Assembly (NCBI GenBank): GCA_016935525.1
Contig: JAFGQU010000007.1
Location: forward strand, 9,057-73,056
DNA: 64,000 nt
Reading direction: 5' to 3'
Source: Candidatus Omnitrophota bacterium
GTDB taxonomy: Bacteria > Omnitrophota > Gorgyraeia > Duberdicusellales > 4484-171
Position numbers and translations under genes: made by a program. This document shows positions 49,852 through 59,771 of the stretch, piece by piece (within the stretch, counting starts at the first letter, position 1; each line of letters begins with the position of its first letter). Under the pieces are notes generated by a model. That model was not told the origin of the DNA. It did no database searches and was given only the letters and a program-made list of their open reading frames with translations.

Positions 49852-50487
49852 ATGAAAAGAAAATCATTATTCATCACGCTCGAAGGATTGGAAGGCTGCG
49901 GGAAAAGCAGCGTGATCACGCATCTTGCGGGATATCTGCGTAAAAAGAAACTCGCGGTCGGGGTCTTTCGGGAACCGGGTTCGACTAAAACCGGCGAGAA
50001 GATCAGGCAGATTCTTCTTGGGAAAAAGAACAATGTGTCGCCACATACCGAACTGCTCCTGTATCTTGCCGCGCGTACCCAGCTGATCGAAGAGCAATTG
50101 CAGGACGCGTTTATGCGGTACGATATCGTGTTATGCGACCGGTTTTTCGATTCGACCATCGCTTACCAGGGATATGGGTTAGGATTAGGTAAGACAGTCG
50201 AGGCCGCGGTAAAAAAATTTTCGTTAGGGATCACGCCCGATCTGACTGTTTTTCTTGAGACCGACGTGAAAATCTCGTTAGGCCGGATTAAAAATAAAGA
50301 CCGGATCGAAAGCCGGTCGTTTGAGTTCCATAGCCGTCTTAAACGGGGATTTAAAGAGATTGCCCGTAAAAATCCCCGCCGGGTGAGAGTGATCAAAGCC
50401 GATAAAAGCCTGGAAGCTGTATATCGTGATCTCGAGGAGATGATCGACCAATGGTTACAGAAAAAAGGGGTTACCCCGAAGTCTTAG
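49852..50487 (+). CDS. tmk: thymidylate kinase
   Basis: ITLEGLEGCGKSS P-loop. Confidence 0.9.
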   Translation: MKRKSLFITLEGLEGCGKSSVITHLAGYLRKKKLAVGVFREPGSTKTGEKIRQILLGKKNNVSPHTELLLYLAARTQLIEEQLQDAFMRYDIVLCDRFFDSTIAYQGYGLGLGKTVEAAVKKFSLGITPDLTVFLETDVKISLGRIKNKDRIESRSFEFHSRLKRGFKEIARKNPRRVRVIKADKSLEAVYRDLEEMIDQWLQKKGVTPKS

Positions 50488-51257
50488 ATTATTTTGTCAG
50501 TTTAAAACGTCATGAGCGGATTGCTCCGGCATATTTATTCGTCGGGGAAGGTCTGCTCCCGTTTACTCGAGAGATCGTCCAGTTATGCACCTGTGAGGTG
50601 AGTGATTATCCTTGTAAAAAGTGCCGTCATTGCCAGAGAATAACGCAAGACCTCATACCGGATTATCTGCTCATCGATGAAGAGACGTCGATAAAGATCG
50701 ATCAGATCCGCCAGGCCCAACAGTTTTTGAGCACTAAACCGTCGTTTTTATCGCGTAAAATGCTCCTGATAAATCAGGCGCATATGATGACGGAGGAAGC
50801 CGCGCACGCATTTTTGAAGGCCCTGGAAGAACCGCCTAAAGGAGCCGTTATTATCCTGATCTCTTCCCGGATAGATAAATTATTCCCGACGATCATATCC
50901 CGTACGCGGCGTATCTATTTCCCGCATCACCAGCAAAGGTACGCTTTCAATGACTCTGCGCGTGTGGCCGGTTTTTTCTCTCATCAGGCTCTCACCTTGA
51001 AAGAACGGGCCTCATCCCGACGGGTGTTTGACGACCTGGTAGTATTGTTACGGGACGCGTTGATCTTCCGGATCTTAAAGGATAAAAAGCTGTTGCTGTC
51101 ACCGGATAGTTATGAGATAATTCTACCTCTAAAAACCGCCTCGTCCGGATATATCCGTTGTCTGGAACATATTTTGAAGATATACGATGACTTGGATACG
51201 ATAAATCTAAATTTAGCATCCCAGCTTATCCTGCGGGCAGCCGAGGGTATTCATTAA
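50451..51257 (+). CDS. holB: DNA polymerase III delta' subunit-like
   Basis: AAA+ clamp-loader-like protein between tmk and the PSP1 gene, as in Bacillus. Confidence 0.6.
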   Translation: MVTEKRGYPEVLDYFVSLKRHERIAPAYLFVGEGLLPFTREIVQLCTCEVSDYPCKKCRHCQRITQDLIPDYLLIDEETSIKIDQIRQAQQFLSTKPSFLSRKMLLINQAHMMTEEAAHAFLKALEEPPKGAVIILISSRIDKLFPTIISRTRRIYFPHHQQRYAFNDSARVAGFFSHQALTLKERASSRRVFDDLVVLLRDALIFRILKDKKLLLSPDSYEIILPLKTASSGYIRCLEHILKIYDDLDTINLNLASQLILRAAEGIH

Positions 51258-51269
51258 GAAAGGCGATAT

Positions 51270-52202
51270 ATGTCTGAACACGACGAACAGGAACAATTCC
51301 CCGAGCATCCCGAACAGCCGGCATCACCGGAAATGTATGAAGAATATTCCGATGAAGACGCCCTGTCTCAAGAAGTCCCCGAATCTTCTGAACCGGTCTC
51401 TACTCCACAATCCGCTTCCGGTGGTAAATCCCGAATCGCTCTGGTGCGGTTGAGAGAAGCCGGCAATATCATCGCGTATAGCGGGCCGGATGAGATGAAA
51501 GCCGGAGATAAGGTGATCGTTGAAGCTGACCGAGGCATCGATTATGGCGAGATCCTGGAGATACCGACCGAAGAAGTGATCGCCAGCGGAAAAAAAGTGA
51601 TACGGGTAATGACTTCCGAAGACCTTCGTCAGATCAAAGAGAACAAAAAACAGGCAAAAGACGCGTTACAGATCTGTTCGCGAAAGGTGAGGGAACGTAA
51701 ACTGGACATGAAACTGGTCGAAGCGGAATATTCTTATGATAAGAAGAAGATAATCTTCTATTTTACTGCCGAAGGCAGGGTGGATTTCCGGGAACTGGTC
51801 AAAGATCTGGCTAAAGTATTCAAGATCAGGATCGAGATGCGTCAAATCGGGGTACGCGACGAAGCCCGTCTTTTCGGCGGATTCGGCCCTTGCGGCCAGT
51901 CGTTATGTTGCGTACGGTTTTTAAAAAATTTCGAACCGGTAAGTATCAAGATGGCGAAAGTCCAAAAACTCCCGCTGAACCCTTCGAAAATATCCGGTAT
52001 CTGCGGCAGGCTTATGTGTTGCCTTTTCTATGAATATAAAAGTTATAAAGAATTCTCTAAAGGACTGCCGAAAGAAGGACAATCGCTTCAGACTCCCCGC
52101 GGTAAAGGGAAAGTCATCGGAGTGAATGTCTATAAACGCCAGGTCTATGTGGAATTCGAAGACGGATTTATCGAAAAGGTAAGTTTCCCTTCCAATGAAT
52201 AA
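51270..52202 (+). CDS. ricT: PSP1 domain protein (RicT/YaaT-like) with acidic N-terminal extension
   Basis: CGRLMCCL PSP1 signature. Confidence 0.75.
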   Translation: MSEHDEQEQFPEHPEQPASPEMYEEYSDEDALSQEVPESSEPVSTPQSASGGKSRIALVRLREAGNIIAYSGPDEMKAGDKVIVEADRGIDYGEILEIPTEEVIASGKKVIRVMTSEDLRQIKENKKQAKDALQICSRKVRERKLDMKLVEAEYSYDKKKIIFYFTAEGRVDFRELVKDLAKVFKIRIEMRQIGVRDEARLFGGFGPCGQSLCCVRFLKNFEPVSIKMAKVQKLPLNPSKISGICGRLMCCLFYEYKSYKEFSKGLPKEGQSLQTPRGKGKVIGVNVYKRQVYVEFEDGFIEKVSFPSNE

Positions 52203-53766
52203 GTGCTATATCACTACCCCGATCTATTATGTCAATGCTTCTCCCCATATCGGCCACGCCTATACGACGGTTGCCGCCGATGCCTATTGCCGGTTTAAAA
52301 AACTTACGGGAGTTGATACCTATTTTCTGACCGGTACCGACGAACACGGAGAAAAAATAAAAAAAGCTGCCGAAGCCGCAGGGGAAGAACCTCAAGGCTT
52401 CGTCGATGAGGTCATGCAGAATTTCAAAAAATTATGGCAGGTATTGAATGTCGAGTACAGTGATTTTATCCGTACGACGGATGCGCGGCATATCCGTGTC
52501 GTGCAGAAGGTTATCGCGACGTTGACGGCAAACGGGGATGTATATAAGTCCCGGTACCGGGGCTTCTATTGCCGTCCCTGCGAGGCGTTCTGGACCCAAA
52601 GCCAGGTAAAAGAAGCCGGCGGGTGTCCCGATTGTAAACGGGATGTTGAAGAGATTGTTGAAGAGAATTTCTTTTTCCGCCTTTCGAAATACGAAGGGTG
52701 GCTTAAAACCTATTTGAAGGAAAACCCGGATTTTATCCGGCCGAAGATCCGCTATAACGAAGTGGTGGGATTTCTCCAGCACAATCCTCTTGAAGACCTG
52801 TGTATTTCCCGTCCGAAGGAACGTATCACCTGGGGAATCGAGTTTCCCGGTGAAGCCCACTATGTTGTGTATGTGTGGTTTGACGCGTTGATCAATTATA
52901 TCAGCGCTCTGGGGTACGGCGAAGACCACGCCGCTTTTTCCCGTTGGTGGCCGGCGGAAATCCATTTCATGGCTAAAGATATTATCCGTCATCACGCGGT
53001 ATTCTGGCCGATTATGCTGCGTGCGTTAGGGGTGGAAATGCCCAAGACGGTCTTCGCTCACGGCTGGTGGAAGATAAACGATGAAAAAATGTCTAAATCA
53101 AGAGGAAACATCGTCAACCCGTTTGAATTTATTGAACAGTTCGGAGTCGATTCTTTGCGTTATTTCCTCCTGCGCGAGGTGCCGTTCGGCGCTGACGGGA
53201 ATTTTTCCTGGGACGCGGTTACGACCCGTTTAAACAGCGACCTGGCTAACGATCTGGGGAATCTGGTCTACCGGGTACTTAATATGAGCGAGAAATATTT
53301 TAACGGAAACATACCGGTTCCGTCTCATAAAACGATCCCGGATGTTTTCCATTCCTTTATCGGTGACCGGACATATTTGTTCGCCGAATATGCCAAAGCT
53401 ATGGATGAGGTGAATTTTTCGGGAGCACTCGAGAAAGTATGGAAATTCATCGGGACGATGAACAAATACATCGAAGACACTAAGCCCTGGGAATTAAAAA
53501 AATCTCAAAAAGAGAGCGAATTGCATCATTTTATCTGGTCTTTATTGCAGGGAATAACTATTGTTGCCGCCTATGTGTACCCGGTGATGCCGCAGACGGC
53601 TGAGAGTATTTTTCGGCAACTGGGCGGCCCGGGAAGTATCGAAGGGTTATTGCAGGAGGGGTTAGAAAAGAATACGATATGGACTATAGACGCTGTTTTT
53701 AACATCAAAAAAGAGAATCCGCTTTTTCCGCGAATCGATGTGAAGGACACAGATGATCACAGATGA
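52195..53766 (+). CDS. metG: methionyl-tRNA synthetase
   Basis: PIYYVNASPHIGHAYT (HIGH), KMSKSRGN, zinc knuckles CRPC...CPDC. Confidence 0.9.
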   Translation: MNKCYITTPIYYVNASPHIGHAYTTVAADAYCRFKKLTGVDTYFLTGTDEHGEKIKKAAEAAGEEPQGFVDEVMQNFKKLWQVLNVEYSDFIRTTDARHIRVVQKVIATLTANGDVYKSRYRGFYCRPCEAFWTQSQVKEAGGCPDCKRDVEEIVEENFFFRLSKYEGWLKTYLKENPDFIRPKIRYNEVVGFLQHNPLEDLCISRPKERITWGIEFPGEAHYVVYVWFDALINYISALGYGEDHAAFSRWWPAEIHFMAKDIIRHHAVFWPIMLRALGVEMPKTVFAHGWWKINDEKMSKSRGNIVNPFEFIEQFGVDSLRYFLLREVPFGADGNFSWDAVTTRLNSDLANDLGNLVYRVLNMSEKYFNGNIPVPSHKTIPDVFHSFIGDRTYLFAEYAKAMDEVNFSGALEKVWKFIGTMNKYIEDTKPWELKKSQKESELHHFIWSLLQGITIVAAYVYPVMPQTAESIFRQLGGPGSIEGLLQEGLEKNTIWTIDAVFNIKKENPLFPRIDVKDTDDHR

Positions 53767-53850
53767 CAGGGGAAACGCAGATGATCACAGAAAGATTCCA
53801 GCGATCATCAGTCGATTCCCGTCCGCGATCATCTGCGTAATGCGTAGCGT

Positions 53851-54600
53851 ATGTTGATAGATACCCATTGTCACATCAACTCATTGAATGATGAGGAGCG
53901 TAAAGCTTTTGATGAAAAGGCGTTACCTTCTGAATACCGGTTCATCGATGTCAGTATCGACATCGAATCCAGTAAAAAATCTTTAGATATCGTTCAAAAG
54001 AATCCTCATCTGTATTCGGCAATAGGGTTCCACCCGTTTTCTATCGAATCGTTCGCCGAAGATACTATCTCCCGGTACGAAGAAATCATCGGCAATAACG
54101 ACAAAATAGTCGCGGTGGGGGAGATTGGCCTTGATTTTACCGCTAAATTTTCTACCCATGACCAGGTGCGTATTTTAAAACAGTTTATCGCTTTAGCGCA
54201 AAAATTCTCAAAACCGATAATCGTTCATAACCGGTTCAATGTGCCGATGATTTTCAGCGTCCTGGATGAATATTACGAGGATTATGAAAAGATCGTATTC
54301 CATTGTTTCAGCCAGGACGAGATATTCTTAAAGCGGGTAGTGAATAAGAGAGGGTATGCTTCGTTTTCGTTAAACGTATTACGGAAAAAAAGGGAGATCT
54401 TAAACTCTTTGCGTATGATCCCGCTGGACCGGTTGTTGCTTGAGACGGATTCGCCTTATATGCAGATCCGTAACGAACGGTCATCCCCTTTGGATATCGA
54501 TAAAGTATATGCGTTTGCCGCCGATATCAAACAGATCGACATCGGGCAATTGGCCGAAAAAGTAAGTGAGAATGTGCGGAACGTATTTGGGATTGAGTAG
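53851..54600 (+). CDS. tatD: TatD family deoxyribonuclease
   Basis: LIDTHCHIN motif. Confidence 0.85.
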   Translation: MLIDTHCHINSLNDEERKAFDEKALPSEYRFIDVSIDIESSKKSLDIVQKNPHLYSAIGFHPFSIESFAEDTISRYEEIIGNNDKIVAVGEIGLDFTAKFSTHDQVRILKQFIALAQKFSKPIIVHNRFNVPMIFSVLDEYYEDYEKIVFHCFSQDEIFLKRVVNKRGYASFSLNVLRKKREILNSLRMIPLDRLLLETDSPYMQIRNERSSPLDIDKVYAFAADIKQIDIGQLAEKVSENVRNVFGIE

Positions 54601-54671
54601 GGGCGGCCCTTGCGTCCGCCCGAAATAATAATATAAAATTGATCATCTGTGTAAGCCCGGAGGGCGTGGTT

Positions 54672-55727
54672 ATGGATTCTATCCGGTTCAAAAACGATAG
54701 GTTATGGTACCTCGATCAGACGCAGTTACCGTTAAAAGAGAAATGGTATGTCGCCGATACGGTAGATGAGGTATATGAGGCGATCGTGAGGTTAAAGATA
54801 CGCGGGGCGCCTTTGATCGGCGTGTTTTGCGCCTACGGCGTCTATATCGCGATGAAAAAGACCGCTTCAAACTGCCGCCGTAAAGATGTTTTTTTAAAAC
54901 AGACGTATAAGATAATCGATCACCTCAAAACATCGCGTCCGACGGCGGTAAATCTTTTCTGGGCGTTAGACCGGATAAAGAATGCCGTCGCCCAGAACGG
55001 ACACAGGACTATCGGGGAGATAACCCGCGCGGTACTAAACGAAGCAAAAACGATCCATGCCCAGGACCGGCAGTTGTGTGCCCGTATCGGAGAGTACGGC
55101 ATGCGGGTCATCCGGCGCGGCGATTCTATCCTGACCCATTGTAACGCGGGGTGTCTTGCGACCGCAGGCGAGGGAACGGCGCTTTCGGTCATCTTTGCCG
55201 CCGCGCGTATCTACGGGAAAAAGAATATCCATGTGTTTGTCGATGAGACCAGGCCCCTTCTTCAGGGAGCGCGATTGACCGCCTGGGAATTGACTAAAAA
55301 ACAGATACCGGCAACGTTGATCACCGACAATATGGCCGGATTCCTCATGCAGCAGGGAAAGATCGATAAGATCGTCGTCGGTGCCGACCGGATCGCCGCG
55401 AACGGGGATGTGGCGAATAAGATCGGGACCTACAGTGTTGCGGTCCTTGCCCGGCATCATCGTATCCCGTTCTATGTCGCCGCGCCGTTTTCGACGTTCG
55501 ATCTTAAAAAGAAAACGGGTAAACGTATTCCCATCGAACAGCGGAACTCTCAGGAAGTAACGATGATACTCGGAAAACTTCCCATCGCGCCGAAAACCGT
55601 CCCGGCCTATAATCCCGCCTTTGACGTGACCCCTCACGAATTGATCACCGCGATCATCACCGATCGCGGCATTATCAAGCCGCCGTATAAGCAGAATATA
55701 AAGAAGCGGTTTGATAAGGTCACATAG
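54672..55727 (+). CDS. mtnA: methylthioribose-1-phosphate isomerase / eIF-2B-related family
   Basis: eIF-2B alpha/beta/delta-like fold; GGAGGG RBS before ATG 54672. Confidence 0.7.
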   Translation: MDSIRFKNDRLWYLDQTQLPLKEKWYVADTVDEVYEAIVRLKIRGAPLIGVFCAYGVYIAMKKTASNCRRKDVFLKQTYKIIDHLKTSRPTAVNLFWALDRIKNAVAQNGHRTIGEITRAVLNEAKTIHAQDRQLCARIGEYGMRVIRRGDSILTHCNAGCLATAGEGTALSVIFAAARIYGKKNIHVFVDETRPLLQGARLTAWELTKKQIPATLITDNMAGFLMQQGKIDKIVVGADRIAANGDVANKIGTYSVAVLARHHRIPFYVAAPFSTFDLKKKTGKRIPIEQRNSQEVTMILGKLPIAPKTVPAYNPAFDVTPHELITAIITDRGIIKPPYKQNIKKRFDKVT

Positions 55728-55864
55728 TCACATGTCAGAAAGGCTTAATACGTGTGACATGTGACGTGAAACGTGTGACAAGCCTGCTTGCAGATTTACG
55801 TGTGATTATGTGACCTGCCCGCTCCTGACTTACAGGAGGGCAGTCGGGCGTGTGTCGTGTGACT
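55720..55864. repeat. family A GTCACA/TGTGAC element (longest copy, with internal hairpin CTGCCCGCTCCTG..CAGGAGGGCAG)
   Basis: read directly from sequence. Confidence 0.7.
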
Positions 55865-55882
55865 TAATACGTAGAGGAATAT

Positions 55883-56827
55883 CTAATAAGAAGAGAATTC
55901 TAAATTATCAGGAGCGGGGACGATTAAATGATCCCGGATGAGGTCGTAGTATTTTTTTGTATATTCTGCTTTAAGGGGAGGAGTGATATGGTCGGCAGAA
56001 TCTCCCAGTTCGGCGTTCGGTACTGCGAATACGTGGTCAATGAGCGTGATGCCGGTGGTTTTGAGTATCCCGTTTATCTGCGTAATATAAGAAGAAGATG
56101 CGTGTACTTTCGAGTCCCAGAGCGGGCCGTGCAGATACAGGAGATTTATGCCGTGGGTTTTGCAGAGAATGATGATCTTTTTTAGAAACAACGTTTTATC
56201 CTTTTCTATAGAGCTTACCGGGATACCTTTCGCCTGAGTTAAGAATTGTTTTTTATCTTGCTGCTTTATATAATCGTCTCCTTTCCACCGCTCGTTGTCC
56301 TTTCTCGTTTTGAAAAGACCGAGGAGATCGTCGATGACGTCGCCTCTCGTTGTGTAAAGGGCTTTTATTACGGACAGTTTTTCCCGGGGAGCCAGTTCCA
56401 GCAGACCCTGAATGTCTCCGATAGAATAAAGGTACCCCTGGTATGAAATCTCGCGGCCCATCATATCCAATGTGTTCATGACGATAACGTTTTTAATCTG
56501 AAGATTTTTCTTTATTATTCTTTTCAAAAGATTATATTGCCCGGCAAACCCATAATAGCCGGTGAGCGCCGCGTTCATTGAGTTGGTGCGGGATAGCCGG
56601 GAAAACTCTTCCGCCGATATCGAATTCCCTAAAGAACTGTCGCCGATAAAAACCGTCTGGATGCCGCTGCTTTTGTCGATTTTATCGATTTGATACTGGT
56701 AAAGATATTTAAACGGATATTGTTCGATATTGACGGACAGGATTATCAATCTGACGGCGACACAGAAAAGAAACGCGTACACGCACCAGGCGGCTGTTTT
56801 TGATACGAATTTTTGCAGATCGTTCAT
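55883..56827 (-). CDS. SGNH/DltD/AlgJ-like partner of an MBOAT acyltransferase
   Basis: N-terminal TM helix; VFIGDSSLGNS GDS(L) motif. Confidence 0.55.
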   Translation of the reverse strand: MNDLQKFVSKTAAWCVYAFLFCVAVRLIILSVNIEQYPFKYLYQYQIDKIDKSSGIQTVFIGDSSLGNSISAEEFSRLSRTNSMNAALTGYYGFAGQYNLLKRIIKKNLQIKNVIVMNTLDMMGREISYQGYLYSIGDIQGLLELAPREKLSVIKALYTTRGDVIDDLLGLFKTRKDNERWKGDDYIKQQDKKQFLTQAKGIPVSSIEKDKTLFLKKIIILCKTHGINLLYLHGPLWDSKVHASSSYITQINGILKTTGITLIDHVFAVPNAELGDSADHITPPLKAEYTKKYYDLIRDHLIVPAPDNLEFSSY

Positions 56828-56832
56828 GATAG

Positions 56833-58260
56833 CTAAAACTTGAAATAAATAAATGCCTGCGGTTCAACGGTGAAAAAAACCAGGAGAAAGACCAGGACCG
56901 AATACACCCCGTACCGCAAGGCATAATGAACCCGGGGAGTAAATTCCAAAGCGTGCTGTTTATCCCGTTGTACCCATTCGAAGATGAGCATGAACAATAT
57001 CAAGACGATGAGTTTGCTGGGGAATTCGTGGACGGCATCGAATAACCCTTTTGACGCTATTTTTTTTATAACTACCCACCCCTGATATACGTTTTCCGAA
57101 CGGAAGAATATCCAGCCCAAGACAATAATGAAAAACGTGAATACCATATCGCGCAGTTCGTGCCATGTCGGCACTATCCTGTTTTGGGCTACCGTATCCA
57201 GATTACGGCGATTAGTCCCCAGGAAGATCAACGGTAAAAAACAGAACGCATTAATTAAGCCCCAGACGATAAAAGTCCAGTTCGCACCGTGCCAGAGCGC
57301 GCTTACGAGAAATATAATAAAAATATTGCATATTTTCCGTAGGTATCCTGTGTTACTTCCTCCCAGGGGGATATATACATAATCTCTGAACCAGCTGGTG
57401 AGCGAAATATGCCATCTTCTCCAGAACTCCGCGATATCCCGGGAGAAATAGGGGTAAGCGAAATTCCGCATAAGCGTAAATCCGAACAACCTGGCCGTAC
57501 CGATCGCAATATCCGAGTAACCGGAAAAATCGCCGTAGATCTGGAAAGCGAATAAAATTCCCCCCAGAAGTAATGTGCTGCCCGAATAATCGCCGTAATG
57601 GGCGAAGATGTCGTTGACATAATACGCGCAGGTGTCGGCAACGATCATTTTTTTGAACAGCCCCCACAGTATCTGCCGCATCCCGTCGACGGCTTGAGTG
57701 TAGTCGAACGCGCGTTTTTGGAGGAATTGCGGTAAGAGCTCTTTTGCCCGTTCAATGGGTCCGGCTACGAGTTGGGGGAAAAACGCGACGAACGCGAAAA
57801 ACGCGATAATATCTTTTTGCGGTGTGATCTTCCGGCGGTATACGTCGATAGAATAACTTAACGTCTGAAAAGTGTAGAAACTTATTCCGACCGGGATGAC
57901 GATATCTAACCTTTTAGCCTGGAATTCTGTTCCGAAAAGCCGGAAGACATTGATGAAGTTTTCGATGAAAAAATCATAGTACTTGAATATAAAAAGTATG
58001 CCGATATTTATTGCGATACTGAACAGTAAAAGCGCTTTTCTTCGAGTTTCTTTCTGCGCATACTGCAGATTGATCCCGACCAGATAATCTACTATAGAGC
58101 TGATAAAGATCAGCCCTAAAAACCGCCAGTCCCAAAAACCGTAGAATACATAGCTGGCGGTAAGGAGAAAAAGGTTCTGAATTTTTAAATCTCTTATTGC
58201 CCAGTAAAGGAAGAAGACGATCGGCAGGAATATCGCAAAATCTATGGAATTAAATAGCAT
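56833..58260 (-). CDS. membrane-bound O-acyltransferase (MBOAT; AlgI/DltB/PatA family)
   Basis: 475 aa polytopic protein with the MBOAT conserved His region. Confidence 0.8.
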   Translation of the reverse strand: MLFNSIDFAIFLPIVFFLYWAIRDLKIQNLFLLTASYVFYGFWDWRFLGLIFISSIVDYLVGINLQYAQKETRRKALLLFSIAINIGILFIFKYYDFFIENFINVFRLFGTEFQAKRLDIVIPVGISFYTFQTLSYSIDVYRRKITPQKDIIAFFAFVAFFPQLVAGPIERAKELLPQFLQKRAFDYTQAVDGMRQILWGLFKKMIVADTCAYYVNDIFAHYGDYSGSTLLLGGILFAFQIYGDFSGYSDIAIGTARLFGFTLMRNFAYPYFSRDIAEFWRRWHISLTSWFRDYVYIPLGGSNTGYLRKICNIFIIFLVSALWHGANWTFIVWGLINAFCFLPLIFLGTNRRNLDTVAQNRIVPTWHELRDMVFTFFIIVLGWIFFRSENVYQGWVVIKKIASKGLFDAVHEFPSKLIVLILFMLIFEWVQRDKQHALEFTPRVHYALRYGVYSVLVFLLVFFTVEPQAFIYFKF

Positions 58261-58432
58261 GGGTGATTCTAAATATCGGCATCAAGACTGTTATTTCCGG
58301 AAATGTAGACGTATCCTTATTGATAATGAATTCAGTATGCCATATCTCATATTGGTTTTCAATAAAAAGATTGCACTGTGTAGGCAACATATCTATAATG
58401 TCAGAAATTGCCGAAAATAAAGATGTTTTTCA

Positions 58433-58466
58433 CGTATGACTATGTGGCCTTGTGTCGTGTGACTTT
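58433..58466. repeat. family A half-element
   Basis: CGTATGACTATGTGGCCTTGTGTCGTGTGACTTTG. Confidence 0.5.
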
Positions 58467-58471
58467 GTAGT

Positions 58472-59317
58472 ATGAACGAACTCCAATGGATCGAATATTT
58501 AAAGAAAGCTTCTCCCACACATCGCGATGTGATTGTGGGTATCGGCGATGACTGTGCGATAGTGAAGGGAAAAGGGCGCTACCTTCTTTTTACCAGCGAC
58601 CTTTTTATCGAACATGTCCATTTTACACGTCGGGGAGCTGATTTTAAGCAGTTAGGCAAAAGAGCCGCATCGCGCGCGCTTTCCGATATCGTCGCCTGTG
58701 GGGGAGTCCCGAAATATCTGGGGATTTCCGCCGGAATACCCAAAGGGACCTCGGCTCAACATATGAGGTCTTTATTCACCGGTATAAAAGAATACTGCCG
58801 GAAATATAAAATAGATATTGTCGGAGGAGACACGTCACAGTCATCGGTCTTATTCCTTGATATTTGGGCTGTAGGTGAGACAAAAAAATATGTCCTGCGC
58901 AGTACGGCCGTATCCGGTGACTATATTTTTGTCACGGGCCCATTGGGACGATTAAAGTTCGATCAACCGTGTCAATTACGAGCCAAAGAGATACAGGCGT
59001 TGGTCAAAGCCTATAAGGTGACTTCGATGATCGATATTTCCGACGGGTTCGTCCTTGATCTTTACCGGATCTTACAGGCAAGCAGAAAAGGCGCGTTGCT
59101 GTGGAGTGAGGAGATTCCCCTCACGCGCGGGAAGAAAGACCTCTACCGGGGAGAAGATTACGAACTCCTGTTTACAGTCGATAGACGTGAGAATATCGCT
59201 CAACTTGCAAAAAAGTATTTTCTGGTAGGCCGGATAAAAAATGCCGCCTTCGGGTATAAGATTGCCTCAGGTGGGAAGAACGAGGATGTCAGTGTCAAAG
59301 GATACCTGCACTTTTAA
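58472..59317 (+). CDS. thiL: thiamine-monophosphate kinase
   Basis: VGIGDDCAIV AIRS-like N-terminal motif. Confidence 0.75.
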   Translation: MNELQWIEYLKKASPTHRDVIVGIGDDCAIVKGKGRYLLFTSDLFIEHVHFTRRGADFKQLGKRAASRALSDIVACGGVPKYLGISAGIPKGTSAQHMRSLFTGIKEYCRKYKIDIVGGDTSQSSVLFLDIWAVGETKKYVLRSTAVSGDYIFVTGPLGRLKFDQPCQLRAKEIQALVKAYKVTSMIDISDGFVLDLYRILQASRKGALLWSEEIPLTRGKKDLYRGEDYELLFTVDRRENIAQLAKKYFLVGRIKNAAFGYKIASGGKNEDVSVKGYLHF

Positions 59318-59771
59318 AAAGATAAGCCGTTCGCCGAAAGAGACTTTAAGTGTTGCTCAGGGATTAGGCCGTTCACTTAAAAGAGGTGATGTAGTATTGT
59401 TATGCGGCCCGTTGGGGGCGGGTAAGACCGTGTGTGTGAAAGGAATATTAAAAGGGTTGGGTATCGATAAGGATATCGTCAGGAGCTCTTCGTTTACTTT
59501 AATCCGGGAATACGGGAAAGAGAATAATAAGGTCTTTCATATTGATCTTTACCGTATCGATAAAATAAAAGAACTCGATTTACTGGGATACGAAGAATAT
59601 TTTTATGAGCCCCGCGGCATATCTTTAATAGAATGGGCTGATAAGGTCGAAGAAATGATCACTCGGTACGTGAAAGTAGGAATCGATTATATCGACGATA
59701 AAAGCCGGACGGTCATTATCGATTTTAAAAAGTTACCCCAACGCAAGCGAGATTACGATGAAATTACTTAG
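59286..59771 (+). CDS. tsaE: tRNA threonylcarbamoyladenosine biosynthesis protein TsaE
   Basis: LCGPLGAGKT P-loop; start trimmed to MSVSKDT. Confidence 0.8.
   Translation: MSVSKDTCTFKKISRSPKETLSVAQGLGRSLKRGDVVLLCGPLGAGKTVCVKGILKGLGIDKDIVRSSSFTLIREYGKENNKVFHIDLYRIDKIKELDLLGYEEYFYEPRGISLIEWADKVEEMITRYVKVGIDYIDDKSRTVIIDFKKLPQRKRDYDEIT

Noticed and set aside
55035-55637. 200-aa minus-strand ORF inside mtnA and 187-aa minus-strand ORF (52432-52995) inside metG
   Set aside because: Both are antisense to conserved genes and lack ribosome-binding sites.
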